A stretch of 64,000 nt of DNA. It comes from Schizochytrium sp. TIO01. Taxonomy: Eukaryota > Protista > Bigyra: Labyrinthulomycetes. Positions 23,177 through 35,760 of the stretch are shown piece after piece; within the stretch, counting starts at the first letter, position 1; the number at the start of each line of letters is the position of its first letter. The position numbers and the translations under genes were made by a program. The notes under the pieces were generated by a model that saw only the letters and a list, made by a program, of their open reading frames with translations, did no database searches and was not told the origin of the DNA. Location of the stretch: the NCBI GenBank assembly GCA_004764695.1, contig SMSO01000014.1, positions 3,963,648-4,027,647 of the forward strand, given 5' to 3'.

Positions 23177-24604
23177 ATGACGGAGTACACGGCCCCTACA
23201 TATACAGCAGCCAAAGTGCTGGAAATGCTCCACAACTCAGTGCGCGTCAAAGGCTCCAATGAGATTGTTCTGTCATCAGATGGCTTCACGATGAGCCAAG
23301 ATGACCCAACAGTAGAGTATCTTATTGGGGTTAGCGTCGGACCACTAGTTTGCATTATTATGTTTTTCGTTTGGCTTATTGCACTTTGTGCAGTTGGTTG
23401 CTGCCGCCAGCGTTGTCAATGCTCGAATAGCAACAAGGTACCAGCTGCCCTCTTTGTAGGCTTCATGATACTGAGTTGCTTCGGATGGTTTTACTCCCTC
23501 GGCTCTTACAACCAAGCACACGATGGCCTCAATACTTTGCTTAATTCTGGCGAAGACTTGCAAGCCTATGTCGACAGCGCCGATACAACCCTCACTGCCG
23601 TTGTAACAGCAATTGACGAAGTTTCTACCAGTGTGAATACTTCTAGTACCGTTTGCGCGGCAGTGTTCAATGCTACAAACATGACCTTTCCAACTGGTGA
23701 ATGGACGCTGGACACAAATGAAATTTCAGGAGGCCTAGACTCTATCACAAGCGATATGGATGATATTCTTGATGAGTATAACGCAGCAATGGATAAGGCG
23801 GATCCATATGTCGACAAGTCAACATTAGGCTATAAGATTGCTGTTGGCTTGATGATTGCTTTGAGTATTGTTTTCATCATTTCTACTTTGTATCGTCTGT
23901 GGGATAATGTACCTGGAACTGGCACTCGTCCAGCCAAGGTCCTTGCAAGCTGCTCTGGGATTGTGTTCATTGTTCTGAGCGTCATTATTCTTCTCCTAAT
24001 TTGGATCAATGTGGCTGTTCTTGCTGTCATGAGTACGGTTGGAGCTGACTTTTGCGTGCCAAGTCCTTCAACAAACATCAATAGGATTCTCGAAGAGGTA
24101 ATCGACCTTTCTACTGACCTGTGTGATACCGAGCCATACTCTTATTTGTGTTACTACCAGACTTGTGAAGGCGAGAACCCGCTTGAAGGTAGCCTAGATG
24201 ACGTTATCAACATGACGTACACTCTTCAGTCAGAGATTGACAGTTTGATTGTCCAATTGAACGATACCTACACTTCTTCTGGGGCAAACATTTCAGATTT
24301 TGAGACCTGCATTGCCTCTATGGAAGCCATGAGCAGTGAGATTGGTGACCTCCCGGTGGCTATTGACTCAGTGGTTGAGATCACTTCTTGTTCTAACATC
24401 AATCCTCTTTATGTCAAGATCGTAAATGAGGGACTCTGCAATAATTTTGTAGCAGGCCTTGCGGTCACATGGATTATGCTTGCACTTGGTTCATCGGCGC
24501 TTATGGCCGCCCTGTTAGTTTACCGCGTTTTCGAGTTTGAAAAGTACCAACAGGGTGAGCTGATCACAACTGCACAGGTCGTTGCCACAGGTACAAAAGA
24601 ATAA
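23177..24604 (+). CDS. Tweety-family membrane protein
   Basis: About five TM segments, DFCVPSP, YYQTC and late GLC motifs of Tweety homologues. First ATG at 23177. Confidence 0.7.
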   Translation: MTEYTAPTYTAAKVLEMLHNSVRVKGSNEIVLSSDGFTMSQDDPTVEYLIGVSVGPLVCIIMFFVWLIALCAVGCCRQRCQCSNSNKVPAALFVGFMILSCFGWFYSLGSYNQAHDGLNTLLNSGEDLQAYVDSADTTLTAVVTAIDEVSTSVNTSSTVCAAVFNATNMTFPTGEWTLDTNEISGGLDSITSDMDDILDEYNAAMDKADPYVDKSTLGYKIAVGLMIALSIVFIISTLYRLWDNVPGTGTRPAKVLASCSGIVFIVLSVIILLLIWINVAVLAVMSTVGADFCVPSPSTNINRILEEVIDLSTDLCDTEPYSYLCYYQTCEGENPLEGSLDDVINMTYTLQSEIDSLIVQLNDTYTSSGANISDFETCIASMEAMSSEIGDLPVAIDSVVEITSCSNINPLYVKIVNEGLCNNFVAGLAVTWIMLALGSSALMAALLVYRVFEFEKYQQGELITTAQVVATGTKE

Positions 24605-25581
24605 GGGCGCTCTTGCATATGTTCTAGAATTTAAAGACCCTTCGAGAAGGAGCTTGTGTGCGCTCAACTTGGCTTTATTGAGAAAATCATCGAAGTCGCA
24701 TTTGTTTTTTGTTTTGTTGTCTCTTTTTTTAATCCAATCTTTCTTTTTAAATACTATTGAATGACTTTTTAGATGAGGCTAAATTTCGAGATTGAACCCA
24801 GCCTGGCGGGCACAGCTCACCTTTTAGAAATGTGCTTTTCTATGTATGAAATTTATCATTGAATGCACTTTCATTATAACAACCAACTTCGTTCGTTACA
24901 TATCAAAAGTACATTTTAAGAATTATGACTTCCTAGATTTGAAGTCAGTTTATGATTCTGAGGATATTTCCCAGATCAGATCGAGCTTCTGCCTTTGTTT
25001 CACTTGCAGGGCCAGTATATTTCGAATAATTCGCTGATTCTTCCGTCCAATCCACACCATTCGACATTCTTGTTTTTTACAAGTAAATGGAGCAAGACAA
25101 TTCAGAAGGAACAAAAAAATCAATTTCTAGATCTGCGAGACATCAGATGTATTCTAATTTACTACGGTAATAACATTGTTAGAAAAGAGGATCAAATGAA
25201 GAGTGGCAATCTGCTGTGCCGTCATTTTCAATTTAAGGCTCAAACCCGATTGTAAATGGATGAATTCTTATATATTTAACTAACGATATAGAACACCGCT
25301 GCAAGCAACTAATAGGTGCTCCATAATAGAAAAGCACAATGGCGCGTGTTGAGTATGCTTCTTTCTTTGCCCTCCCTTTTGCACACTTCAAGATCCTCAA
25401 TGGTTTTGCAATACAAAGAAGATATTAAAAATTGGCATAGGACAACCCTGAAGCAAAGACATGCCAAGTCCTAGAGATTTTCTATTCCTAGCTTAATTCT
25501 ATGGGTACTTTTCGACGTTATGGAGAGGACTGCCCTATCAATGTTGCGACACTCTAAATGCATAAAGCGATCAATATTTGG

Positions 25582-26946
25582 TTACTCAATCCAACGTCCT
25601 TTAAGCTGCGCACACTGTGCCGAAAGTGTAGCTACAACCTTGGCAGTCTCTTCGTCTGTACGATCAAGGGCTGCATTCGTGGCAACATTCATGCGAGACA
25701 GATTCTTGAGGTTGACAAGATCTCCAGGAAGCTTTGTAAGCTGGTTGTCCAAAAGGAAAAGGGTCTCGAGTGCCTCACATGCACCCAGGTTTGCCGCGGC
25801 AATGTCTTGAAGCTTGTTCGAACCGAGTTTCAAGATTCTCAAATCTTTCATAGCACTAAAGTCCCCAAGGGTTGCTAACGCATTAGATGTGGCGTCAATA
25901 GTCTGTACAGAAGAACATGCATACAGAGATACCGGTAGCTCCGCGAATCGGTTTGTCGAAACATCAACACTTTCCAGCTCTTCGCATCCCTCGAAAGCGT
26001 CATCAGGCAAGGTTTCAAGCTGATTACGATTAAGTTGTAGCTGTCGAAGTTTGGGCATACCTCCAAAGTCTTGAAGCATAACTATACTGTTCCAGGATAG
26101 AGCGAGCCGCTCAAGCACAGCCCACTTACGCGTGCTCGGCAGGGATTTGATTTTGTTTCCACCCAGATTGAGATCAATGAGGTTTTCAAGGTCAGCCATG
26201 CTAGCAGGCACTTTGATAAGCTTGTTGTTAAAGAAATTCACTTCAGAAAGCTTTACACATCCGGAAATACTATCCGGCAGCTGTGTAAGTTGGTTCTTAA
26301 AGGCGGAAAGGGTTTCAAGGTTAGCCAGGGCGCCAAAATCTTCAGGTAGTGCAGCGAGACCATTTTCTGACACATTGAGAGTCTGCAGTGCGGACAGCTT
26401 GCAGATATCCTCAGGCAAAGCTTCGAGACTATTTTCACTCAGATCCAGCTCAATAAGATTGACAAGATTACCAAGACCTTGAGGAATTTCGCGAATATTG
26501 TTCTTCTTCAATGAGAGCACTGTAAGAGACGCTGACGCCGGGGTTAGAATCTTTTCTGGGACCGTATCAATTTTCCCAAGATTGCAGGCAAAAAGCATTC
26601 CAACTACACCCTCGTCGTTACGATCTGCTGCACTTAAGTTCATGTCGGTGCCCGCGGAAAGTTGTGCATCAACAAGTTCTTCTACCGAACCTGGAGCGCT
26701 ACCCCCTGCCGCTTGAAGAATTGCAACGAATGCGCAGGCAGCATCATGCAACTCTTTTCTTCTTGTAATCCAGCCTTGAACATCGTCATCATCTGGTAGA
26801 GTCTTTTCAAGAATTGGTCTACAGCATCGAAGGCAGGCAGGCTCATCTTCAATCATGTCTTCGAGCTTGCCGCATAGCGTACGCAATTCTGACGCATCGT
26901 CCGTATCAACGAGAAGCTCTGCGGCTCCACTGGCTCCGTTGCCCAT
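25582..26946 (-). CDS. Leucine-rich repeat protein (23-aa typical LRRs), probably N-myristoylated
   Basis: MGNGAS N-terminus and about 13 LxxLxLxxNxLxxLP repeats. Intronless, unlike the LRR arrays downstream. Confidence 0.9.
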   Translation of the reverse strand: MGNGASGAAELLVDTDDASELRTLCGKLEDMIEDEPACLRCCRPILEKTLPDDDDVQGWITRRKELHDAACAFVAILQAAGGSAPGSVEELVDAQLSAGTDMNLSAADRNDEGVVGMLFACNLGKIDTVPEKILTPASASLTVLSLKKNNIREIPQGLGNLVNLIELDLSENSLEALPEDICKLSALQTLNVSENGLAALPEDFGALANLETLSAFKNQLTQLPDSISGCVKLSEVNFFNNKLIKVPASMADLENLIDLNLGGNKIKSLPSTRKWAVLERLALSWNSIVMLQDFGGMPKLRQLQLNRNQLETLPDDAFEGCEELESVDVSTNRFAELPVSLYACSSVQTIDATSNALATLGDFSAMKDLRILKLGSNKLQDIAAANLGACEALETLFLLDNQLTKLPGDLVNLKNLSRMNVATNAALDRTDEETAKVVATLSAQCAQLKGRWIE

Positions 26947-28593
26947 TCTGTCTAAATCCGGCGTTGATTTTTTCTCTTAGATGGTCTGCTCTGGAGAGAC
27001 CGAAGCAAAGAACCACTCAACTGATCTGAGTTTGCTTGCAACTTGTACATTCAATTTACGCAGCTGAACATGCCCGTGACAAATGTTTTCTGCTCTGCTT
27101 TGGGCACTCTTTGCTCTTGTAGGTACTTTGCCAGCCTTCATATATGGACCAATGCCGTATTTGAAACAGCGACACGCTTATAAATGACTGTGGTCACATA
27201 AATGGATTCCGCGCTCGTAATCCATCTCACATGGTTTTAAAACGGGTGAGACACCTATGCTCTGGCTAACCGCTCATTTATTATTATCCATATATATTTT
27301 TTGATTTTAAATGAAAGTAAAAAGTATAATTTCTCTGTTCTCCTAGGAATTTTATTAGAGGCAGAGTAGGTAAAATGTTAGGGGAAAAGTAACAAGGTTG
27401 AACGAACTAGTACTAGTGTGTTCTATTTTCTTCATTTGCTCTTCCTTGTCCTTTAATAGTATGTAGGAAGGCAACGTCCGCGCCACAATCTTGCCCATCA
27501 ATTTCCTTCAAGTTCTGAAGTTAAAGATCTTCCATCCTGACCGACTGTGGCAGCTACAATGGTGTGGATGTCAGCAGTACTAGCTTTGCTTTCACACAAT
27601 AATTCAACGCGAAAAACTTAGCAGATAGGTGAAACTGTAGCCATGGTCCACACTACACTGATTCATTTGGAGGCTCGAAGAAATATACAAAACATGAAAG
27701 AACCGTATTTTCTCTCTTTCAAGTTAGAAAAGAAGTACCTAAAAGGGCGCGGCGTCCAGGAACACATGTAGCAGTGGTAATATGCCACTCTTGGTTAAGT
27801 GGAATCCCAAGTGGACAGATATGATCGGAGCCGGAGCAAGATGATGTCTGCCTTTGAAACATGATGAATTGCATTACGAAGGTAAGACTGAATCCAAGCA
27901 ACTGTACCAACACAATGCATGTGTCCATGCAAGTTATGCCATGACACGGTATCCAGGTTGAGAACATCTCATCAATTCACGTTACCTTCTAGATTGGTCT
28001 ACGCATATGTCTATTTTCTTTTTTAAAGCTTGGGGAGACTGGATCCTTTGGATCACTATCTTCATTACTTTTTTTTCTTCAATGTGTAGCCAGCAGTAGA
28101 AGCTGGGCAGTTCTAACTGTATCTATTGTTCTTGATGGCTTTCCTGGTTCTAGTCAACAAAAGGGGCTAGAGCTTTGGAGAAGAACAGAAAGCTCCGAGT
28201 GAAAGTAGTATTTAGTATTATGTGCAAACTTGTAGGATGAGGAGGTGCCTAATTTACCTAATATTATATTGAGAGAGATTAGTTATTGTTCCAATCAAGT
28301 AACGCATCAATAGGCCCTTTAAAGTCACTCAGTTAGACCTGTTAAGTATTGTATAATGCTTTTAGGGCTACAAGCTAGAATTGGCCCAGCAATATTCCTC
28401 AAAGTCCCCGTTTTGGATCCTCTCCGGTCCGCCAGCCTTTGATAGGGTCCTGGCCTTCACCCTGTGATGGGAATCTGTTTGCCTACTTACTTAACTGCGC
28501 ACGGAGAGCCAAAGGACAAAGATACAACGTTCGTCTGCTCCAGTTGCTGCAAAGCTTGAAGCATCCTTCCAAGACTAAGGGGCAGCGAATAAG

Positions 28594-29781
28594 ATGATAC
28601 TAGTTGGACAGGGCCTAGAAAGGTGGTGGCTCGCGAGCGCAGTTTCAATAACAGGTTTGGCCATTTATCTTAATGACTGCTACTACGTGTATGTATTTTT
28701 GCTAGAACAGGAAGAGGAAAATGAGAAGGATGTGCCACAGGAAGCCATTGACAACGTTGAACTTCACTACAAGGGTAAAGCTGCCTTGGAATTGTACAAT
28801 GTTGACAATAATACGTATGCAATCCAGTTGCAAGCTGCCTCAAAATATGGGGAGACTGTGCAAGATATGCGTCCTTATGAAATACAGCGTGAAAGCATTC
28901 TTTTCCTTGGTGGTGGGCGTGCAGCAACACTGCAACTTGCACATCCATATGTTGCGGAAGGCATTGAGCAGCACTCTAACCTTAAGCATGGGATCCAGCA
29001 GCGATTTTATCGCACCTTTCATTATATGTTTGCAATGCTGTATGGAGATCTGGAGAGCTCAGTCGAGGCGTCTCGCACTGTTAGAAAATTGCATAACGCA
29101 GTGCATGGTCGATTTAAGGAAAATATTGGAATATTTCAAGCTGGGGAAAAGTACAGTGCATCTCATGGACATGCTTTATTGTGGGTTCACTTGACGCTTT
29201 TGGACACCTCTCTTTTCATGTATGAGGTTTTTGTGCAAAGGCTTTCACAATATGAGAAAGACTGTTTCATCACAGCGAATAACCACTTTGCTATGAACTT
29301 TTTTGCTGTACCACAGCAACTATTGCCACGAGATGCGCGGCAACTTGTAGAAATGATGCGATCGATCGTGAGGTCTCAAGTGATAGCAGTTGGAAACTCT
29401 GCCCGTCGCATTGATTGTTTCCTGTGGACGCCTCCAAGTCTAAGATTCTGGCCTCTTTTATCTTTAGTTCGTTGGCTCACTTTCATTCAACTTCCAAGAA
29501 AACTAAGAATAGGATTGTATGGTCGTACTTGTGGAACGTTTGAAATATTTTGTGCATCTCTTGTGTTGGGGTTCTTTCGTTTTGTTTACCGGATGCTACC
29601 TTTTTCAGCCCGTTGGTTGACTGCGTATCATTCAATGCAAGATCGTCTTGGCAACCCACTCTCTCAAACAGGGTATGTATTGTCTCGAATCTCTGCTGCA
29701 TTCGCTTCTGCTCTGCTCAGAAGAGTGATGCCCACCAGAGAACCTGAACTGTTCGTTGCTATGAACTCTAATTCACATTGA
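28594..29781 (+). CDS. DUF2236 / MpaB-rubber-oxygenase-like protein
   Basis: LGGGRAATLQLAHPYVAEGIEQHS, VRKLHNAVHG, YSA...LLWVHLTL, with an N-terminal TM anchor. Confidence 0.8.
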   Translation: MILVGQGLERWWLASAVSITGLAIYLNDCYYVYVFLLEQEEENEKDVPQEAIDNVELHYKGKAALELYNVDNNTYAIQLQAASKYGETVQDMRPYEIQRESILFLGGGRAATLQLAHPYVAEGIEQHSNLKHGIQQRFYRTFHYMFAMLYGDLESSVEASRTVRKLHNAVHGRFKENIGIFQAGEKYSASHGHALLWVHLTLLDTSLFMYEVFVQRLSQYEKDCFITANNHFAMNFFAVPQQLLPRDARQLVEMMRSIVRSQVIAVGNSARRIDCFLWTPPSLRFWPLLSLVRWLTFIQLPRKLRIGLYGRTCGTFEIFCASLVLGFFRFVYRMLPFSARWLTAYHSMQDRLGNPLSQTGYVLSRISAAFASALLRRVMPTREPELFVAMNSNSH

Positions 29782-30346
29782 CCCCCCCTTGACTACAGTT
29801 TAAAACTCATGACGCAGTTTCTATTATATAAAATCATAATCTCGGATCAAGATAAAAAATCAAAAGTCACTTGGAAAGACGAAAACCCTTTTCTTGTCAC
29901 TATGAGTGCAACTCATTCCGTGACACGGTTTTGGATGATGGTTTAGGGTGTTTGTGTGTAACTTCACATACTTGATGTTTAGAACCTCAATTTGGGAGGC
30001 AAGAGGGTGCAATTGTACTTGATATTTAGTTTCTGTGGCAAGTGCTGGACTCTTTTCTGCAAACGTTGGCATAGTAAAGTTTGCAGTGGTTTGTTCTTCT
30101 TTTTTACTGAAATTCCAAATTGATTTGTGGGTTCATCCAAGAAAAGGTGTAAGCAATCTTTCTGAGTGTGTGTGGAGCACAGTCAAATCAAATCATTTTC
30201 AGCCAAAACACTGGAGGGGGAGTGTGGTTTTTGTGCCTCATTCTAAGTGCATAATTCGAAGAATGGTTCTGTTTAACAAGAAGACTTGAGTCTGGAAGAA
30301 ATGACAGCCTGACATACATGTTTACGAGGGTCTCTCATTAGGATAT

Positions 30347-31059
30347 CTACTTTCTCTTTCGAAGAATGAAATAGGCGGCGCCAAGGATGGCTGCCGCACC
30401 AACCGCGAGGAGAATAGAGGTGTTGTCCTCTTTTTTGCTTCCACCCTTGTTTTCCGGCGCAGACATGGTGCTGTTCGGCTTACTCGAGGTGTCGTATTTT
30501 ATTTCAACAGAGGCGTTGTTCGTCGCAGTAACCGTAGTTTTAATGGCAGGCTGACTAGCAGGTGATGCCGCGGCTGCGGCAGATGCAGCTGCTGCTGCGG
30601 AGCCCTCTACGTCACCAACGTAGTAGTCATCAAGCATGTCATAAGCTTCATCAGAGTGACCAACATCATCAAAATCTTCGGTCGAGTCCATGCCCGCGAG
30701 GTCTGTGATAATTTCGACACCACCGGGATGGTCATCAAGGTATTTAGTCACATCATACACCTTGCCCTTGTAGCTGTGTGAGTTGTCAGTCGCCAAATAT
30801 TCATAACACATATGAAAGCACGGATCACATGCACTGTTAGTCTAATTCTCTCTAGGTTCTTCCCCTATACAAACAATCAATTCCTGGACGCAATATCTCG
30901 AGGGAAATAGTTTGGCCTTTCTTGTGTAGGCATTTGAATTTGACCGAGGTACTTTGCGAGCAAAATATTGCAAATGCTTTTAAAGCAAGGAACTTACATG
31001 ATCCAGCAATCCTCTTCGGTGTTGTGCTTGGCGATCTCAGCCTCGGAAAAAACCGGCAT
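30347..31059 (-). CDS. Cytochrome b5, tail-anchored; two exons (31059-30998, 30773-30347)
   Basis: Exon 1 MPVFSEAEIAKHNTEEDCWI with a GTAAGT donor. A CAG acceptor joins in frame to YKGKVYDVTKYLDDHPGG...FDDVGHS, followed by a C-terminal TM. Confidence 0.93.
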
Positions 31060-31642
31060 GATGGGTATTTGTTTTAGAGTGAGAATCTACTTCTAACCGT
31101 GAACAGTTGAGTTGTGACGCTTGCGTTTCGCAACCTAGGTTTCTGAAGCAGCTCAGCTGGTAACTATCGGACGGAAAGAGGCTATGAAGAAAGCTGCGGA
31201 TGGACCGGTCTTCGAAGCGTGACTTGGTCTTTGAGGCGTCTTGTAGACTGACCCTTAAGCTTTAAGTGAAGTGATTAACTCTTTACAGCCGAGGGGCGAA
31301 GGGCAAGCGGGCTAGCTGTCAGCCGCGAAAGTTGCGTTATTGGTCTAGCTGGTATCGCTCGTGAATGCCTTCTTTTCGTGTTGTTATTTTCATTACTAAT
31401 GGCTACTATAGTTTTATTCTCTGAATTACACCAAAAACAAATAAGGCTATATAGGTCTAGCAAGCATCGCGCATAGGACAATCTACTACACACTGCTAGT
31501 ACATCCCATCTTTCTTTATTCCTTACTTTTCCTTAACAAGTACCTAGGTACATGCTAGGAAGTGAGACGAAACCTAAAAGAACATAATCAACCTAGACAC
31601 ACAAAGTTTCATAATAATGCAGCGATGCTGATGTGAGAAATT

Positions 31643-31644
31643 GA

Positions 31645-31708
<64 letters not shown>

Positions 31709-31712
31709 AAAG
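31643..31712. repeat. (GAAA)n microsatellite
   Basis: Perfect GAAA run. Confidence 0.95.
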
Positions 31713-33813
31713 ACCAACCTTATGCCCCAATAGCAACTAGCTAGGTAGGTACTACCTACATCCTTAGCAAGTGCGTGCTAGCAAGTACATAATTAAAAGT
31801 AAGAGGTTGTACTTCGGATCAATTGCCATCCTCTTTTAAAATCGAAACAGCTAGCTTTCTTGAAACTCTAGAGGTAGGGGAGGTGCTACCACAACAGGCA
31901 GATGTGATAGGAAAAACGCCTCTGACTCTGATGTCGTATAGGAGGGATTGGAGTCTCAAGTTGAAGTGTTCGTAGAAGAAGAAGAAGAAGTGGATCTCAA
32001 AGGCCAACACATTATAAACATAACGAACTTCTAGGAATTTCTTAGGTGGGAATTTGAAAACAATAAAATAAAAATCATAGAGAAGGTTAGAACAGAAGGG
32101 GAACGGCGAGGCACACTATGGGAGGAAAGGTAAGACGAAACCTAAAGGATCATGATCAACCTCATCAAAGGGCTACAGAGCAAAGCTGAAGGATGAAGTG
32201 CAGCGAAGCAGAAAAAAGGAAATCGTGTGCCCCCACACAATTTCTAGGTAACCACATATTGGAGTAGGAGGTAAACCACTAGAACTTTGGTTCTCTCACT
32301 ATGAGTAGTTTCTACGAAAACTGAACTTTGGTTGACTAATAGAAATGGCCTCATGATTCTCCATTAAAGTGCATAATACCATCAGTTTTGGCAGCGGTAG
32401 TACCTGGAACCCATTGAGCCTTTCTTTGCCCAAGCCGGTAGCCATCTAAAAATGACAGAACTACCACAATAACTTTGGCAGCGGACTGATTAACAGCATT
32501 TCTAGAAAATACTCATGCAACCTTACTCTCCCTCTGTCTCATTAACCAGGGAAGCAAACTGTCAGCTCCTTATTCTTCTTCCATGCTGTGAGCACTCGTT
32601 GAATCAATTCTAAAATTGGGCTGCTAAAAAAATTGCCCCAACAACTCGTCCAAGTCCAACTTGGAATCCAAGCCCATGCAAAACCTACAGGTCATGGGTA
32701 AGTTCATTCTGTCATTGAGCAGGTGAAGGACGGCCAGCTACTCGAGGTTATAGAAGGTTTCGGCTCGCTTTCCACACAGCTGGACTTGCTTTGCTTGAGA
32801 GTTTCAGCAGTAGGTATCGTGCATATTGATATCCACATCCTCCACAAGAGTACCTACATACTAGCCCGCCATCTCTTCTCACAGCACACATTTCATGTGG
32901 TTCAACTAGTTAAAGAATCGACTGAACAGAGTAGGCGCCGAAGTGGAGAATGTTTTCGTTTTCACTGGAAACAGCTACCTGCAGTATTTTTAGCATTCTT
33001 TTGGTGGGTGATAACTTCAAGAATATCAAAGTTCGAACTAAGTGGAAATACTTCTTCGTACTCGCTACACTCACCGATACGGTGGTCAGACACAAATAAT
33101 TCTATTGGAATGTCCTAAGTTAATTTTCTTTTTTGGCGTATAAAATTTATGGCTAATATTGTAAGTCTCTTTTCATAGATCATCTCAGGGGAACTCCAAG
33201 CTTGTCTTTAATCATGATGTGAACCTTACTATGACTGTCAGGTAAAGATCCTTCTACATGTTTTTTCTCATGAGAATGGTTAATACGCAAGCCTTTGACT
33301 TACTCTTTGTCTTCTGAGCTGATCGGAGACTCGTCGATGGGTTCATCGTAAAGAACTGGATGCGTTTCTTGCTGCCTAATGTTCCATACACCAGAAAATT
33401 TTATTCCTTTCAGGAGTATATTTCAAAAGAATTGGTATTATTCGTTCATTAATGGGTATATTTCTCTTCGTCAGATACGGCATCTCTGACTTTTACCATC
33501 ACTAGAAACCACTTCATGTTCCAAATCGCCTTTGCTGTGAAACTTGCAAAAATATGTTAGCTTCAAGACACGAATGTTTACAGGGTCGAGTAGCCATGCA
33601 ATTTCTTGACAAGATCATTTGTTTGCAATGCTGACTCCTTGTTGTTGCCACTAAATTAATACGAACAGCTTGGCAGAGTGGGTGAAAATGCAAGGATAGA
33701 TGCTGGATATAAAATACTATGTGTACCTGGTAACTGGATTGTGTTTTATAGAATAACCTGGAAGTGTGAAGGTTTATATGAAAGGCTGAGACCTTCCGGT
33801 CCACTCATTCAAT

Positions 33814-33923
33814 GCGCGAATGGTCTAGTGGCATGATTCCTCCTTCGGGTGGACCAAGCAGAGTAATATCTGTAACCTCATAGGAATTGGAGGAGGTCGG
33901 GGGTTCGATTCCCCCTTCGCGCC
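33814..33923 (+). tRNA. tRNA-Pro(CGG) with 38-nt intron (33850-33887)
   Basis: Acceptor GCGCGAA/TTCGCGC, C73, A-box TGGTCTAGTGG, anticodon stem CCTCC/GGAGG with loop TT-CGG-G^T, B-box GGTTCGATTCC, T-run terminator. Confidence 0.92.
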
Positions 33924-34046
33924 GATGTCTTTTTGTTGTTAAACCAACCCATGGCACCGGGAAACAAACTTTTTCTCCTTTTTTCACATGTGCACTGCCC
34001 AGGCAAGAGGACTTTGTTGTTGCTTCGTCCAGACAGCTTCGGTAAT

Positions 34047-34156
34047 GCGCGAATGGTCTAGTGGCATGATTCCTCCTTCGGGTGGACCAAGCAGAGTAAT
34101 ATCTGTAACCTCATAGGAGTTGGAGGAGGTCGGGGGTTCGATTCCCCCTTCGCGCC
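34047..34156 (+). tRNA. tRNA-Pro(CGG) with intron, copy 2
   Basis: Mature sequence identical to 33814-33923. Confidence 0.92.
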
Positions 34157-34246
34157 GATTGTACTTTTTTTGTTTCTAAGATAATTTATAGAATACTGCA
34201 ACCAAGTTATAAATAGTCCTTTCAGCAAATCTTAGCATCATTCAAT

Positions 34247-34356
34247 GCGCGAATGGTCTAGTGGCATGATTCCTCCTTCGGGTGGACCAAGCAGAGTAAT
34301 ATCTGTAACCTCATAGGAATTGGAGGAGGTCGGGGGTTCGATTCCCCCTTCGCGCC
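34247..34356 (+). tRNA. tRNA-Pro(CGG) with intron, copy 3
   Basis: Mature sequence identical. Confidence 0.92.
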
Positions 34357-34807
34357 GATGTCTTTTTTGTTTTGTGTTTAAAAAATACAAAACCATAGTT
34401 AAACTATTTATCCATGACTTGTTATATCTTAGGTTACTACAATTATGATGATAAAATACTTTTCTTTTTTTTTTAAATAATAATAATAATAATAATAGAA
34501 TTCTAGAGAGCTTCGTAAATAACTATCATGATGTTATGGTAGGCACCGCTCGAACATAATAGAGAGAGCCTTTCCTGCTATATTAGAGAGATTTGGGAAC
34601 CATAAGAGATCTTAGTTGAAGAATAATGGCTTAGATTACCAGCCTAAACTCCAATGCAGCCACATTAGATTTCTGCATTTCTGATGTTTCATGAAAAACA
34701 ATGTGTTATTTATTTAGTTGCTTTTTTCAATTAATTTAATTTAATTTAATTAAAAAAAATTTAAGGGAACAAAACGCAAAAAAAAAAAAAAAAAAAAAAA
34801 AACAATC

Positions 34808-34917
34808 GGCGCGAAGGGGGAATCGAACCCCCGACCTCCTCCAACTCCTATGAGGTTACAGATGTTACTCTGCTTGGTCCACCCGAAGGAGGAATCATGC
34901 CACTAGACCATTCGCGC
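34808..34917 (-). tRNA. tRNA-Pro(CGG) with intron, copy 4
   Basis: Reverse-complement copy. Differences fall only in the intron. Confidence 0.92.
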
Positions 34918-35000
34918 ATTGAATGGGTGGAACGAGAATTTGCTACGTCCCATCTTGAACAGAGTATTAAGAAGAAAAAAAATGTGAAAAAAAGTTAATC

Positions 35001-35110
35001 GGCGCGAAGGGGGAATCGAACCCCCGACCTCCTCCAATTCCTATGAGGTTACAGGTATTACTCTGCTTGGTCCACCCGAAGGAGGAATCATGCCACTAGA
35101 CCATTCGCGC
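35001..35110 (-). tRNA. tRNA-Pro(CGG) with intron, copy 5
   Basis: Reverse-complement copy. Differences fall only in the intron. Confidence 0.92.
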
Positions 35111-35325
35111 ATTGAATGAACTGGCAGGTGAAGATGACTTGTAATATATATACTTATAAAAAAAGAATATAAGCAGCGGTGGAATTTTAATATCCGATGA
35201 AAAGAGAAGAGAGACAGAGGCACAGAGGCTTTAAAATTTTCAAAGGACCTTGTGAAAGCAATTGCAAAAGACTAGGTCCGAAGATCATATTCGCACATCA
35301 GTCGGACAAGTTTGTACTGGATACG

Positions 35326-35760
35326 ATGGCGAGCACGATGGTGGCACTCTACAGAAGTGGCTTCACAGCAGTACGCGGCCAGCGCCTCAACGCGCCTCTG
35401 CAAGGCCTGCTAGCAAAATCTGGAAGACGTGCTTTCTCTGGCGATGTAGTGGAGCAAGTCCAGCGTGAACTTGAGGCCAACCAAGGCGTACTCGTGTACG
35501 GTAAGAGCTGGTGTTCTTTCTCCATGGGAGCGAAGCATATTTTAGAGTCTAAAGGTATTGATTACACTGCTCATGAGCTCGACCTTGAACCTCAGGGAGA
35601 TAAGATTCAGGCCGCACTCTTCAAGATTACTGGGCAACGAACTGTCCCTAACATTTTCATCGGCGACGCGCACGTTGGCGGCTACTCAGACCTTGTTGCA
35701 GGCATGCAAGATGGTCATGTAAAAGAGTTGCTCGAAGCAGTCAATATTGAAATGAAGTAA
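35326..35760 (+). CDS. Glutaredoxin (monothiol CSFS), probably mitochondrial
   Basis: YGKSWCSFS, ITGQRTVPNIFIG, HVGGYSDL. Arg/Ala-rich presequence from the ATG at 35326. Confidence 0.88.
   Translation: MASTMVALYRSGFTAVRGQRLNAPLQGLLAKSGRRAFSGDVVEQVQRELEANQGVLVYGKSWCSFSMGAKHILESKGIDYTAHELDLEPQGDKIQAALFKITGQRTVPNIFIGDAHVGGYSDLVAGMQDGHVKELLEAVNIEMK

Noticed and set aside
26523-26534. TAAGAGACGCTG resembling the Fanzor copy 1 end/guide junction (possible self-target)
   Set aside because: Only about 8 nt of the guide match, which is compatible with chance.
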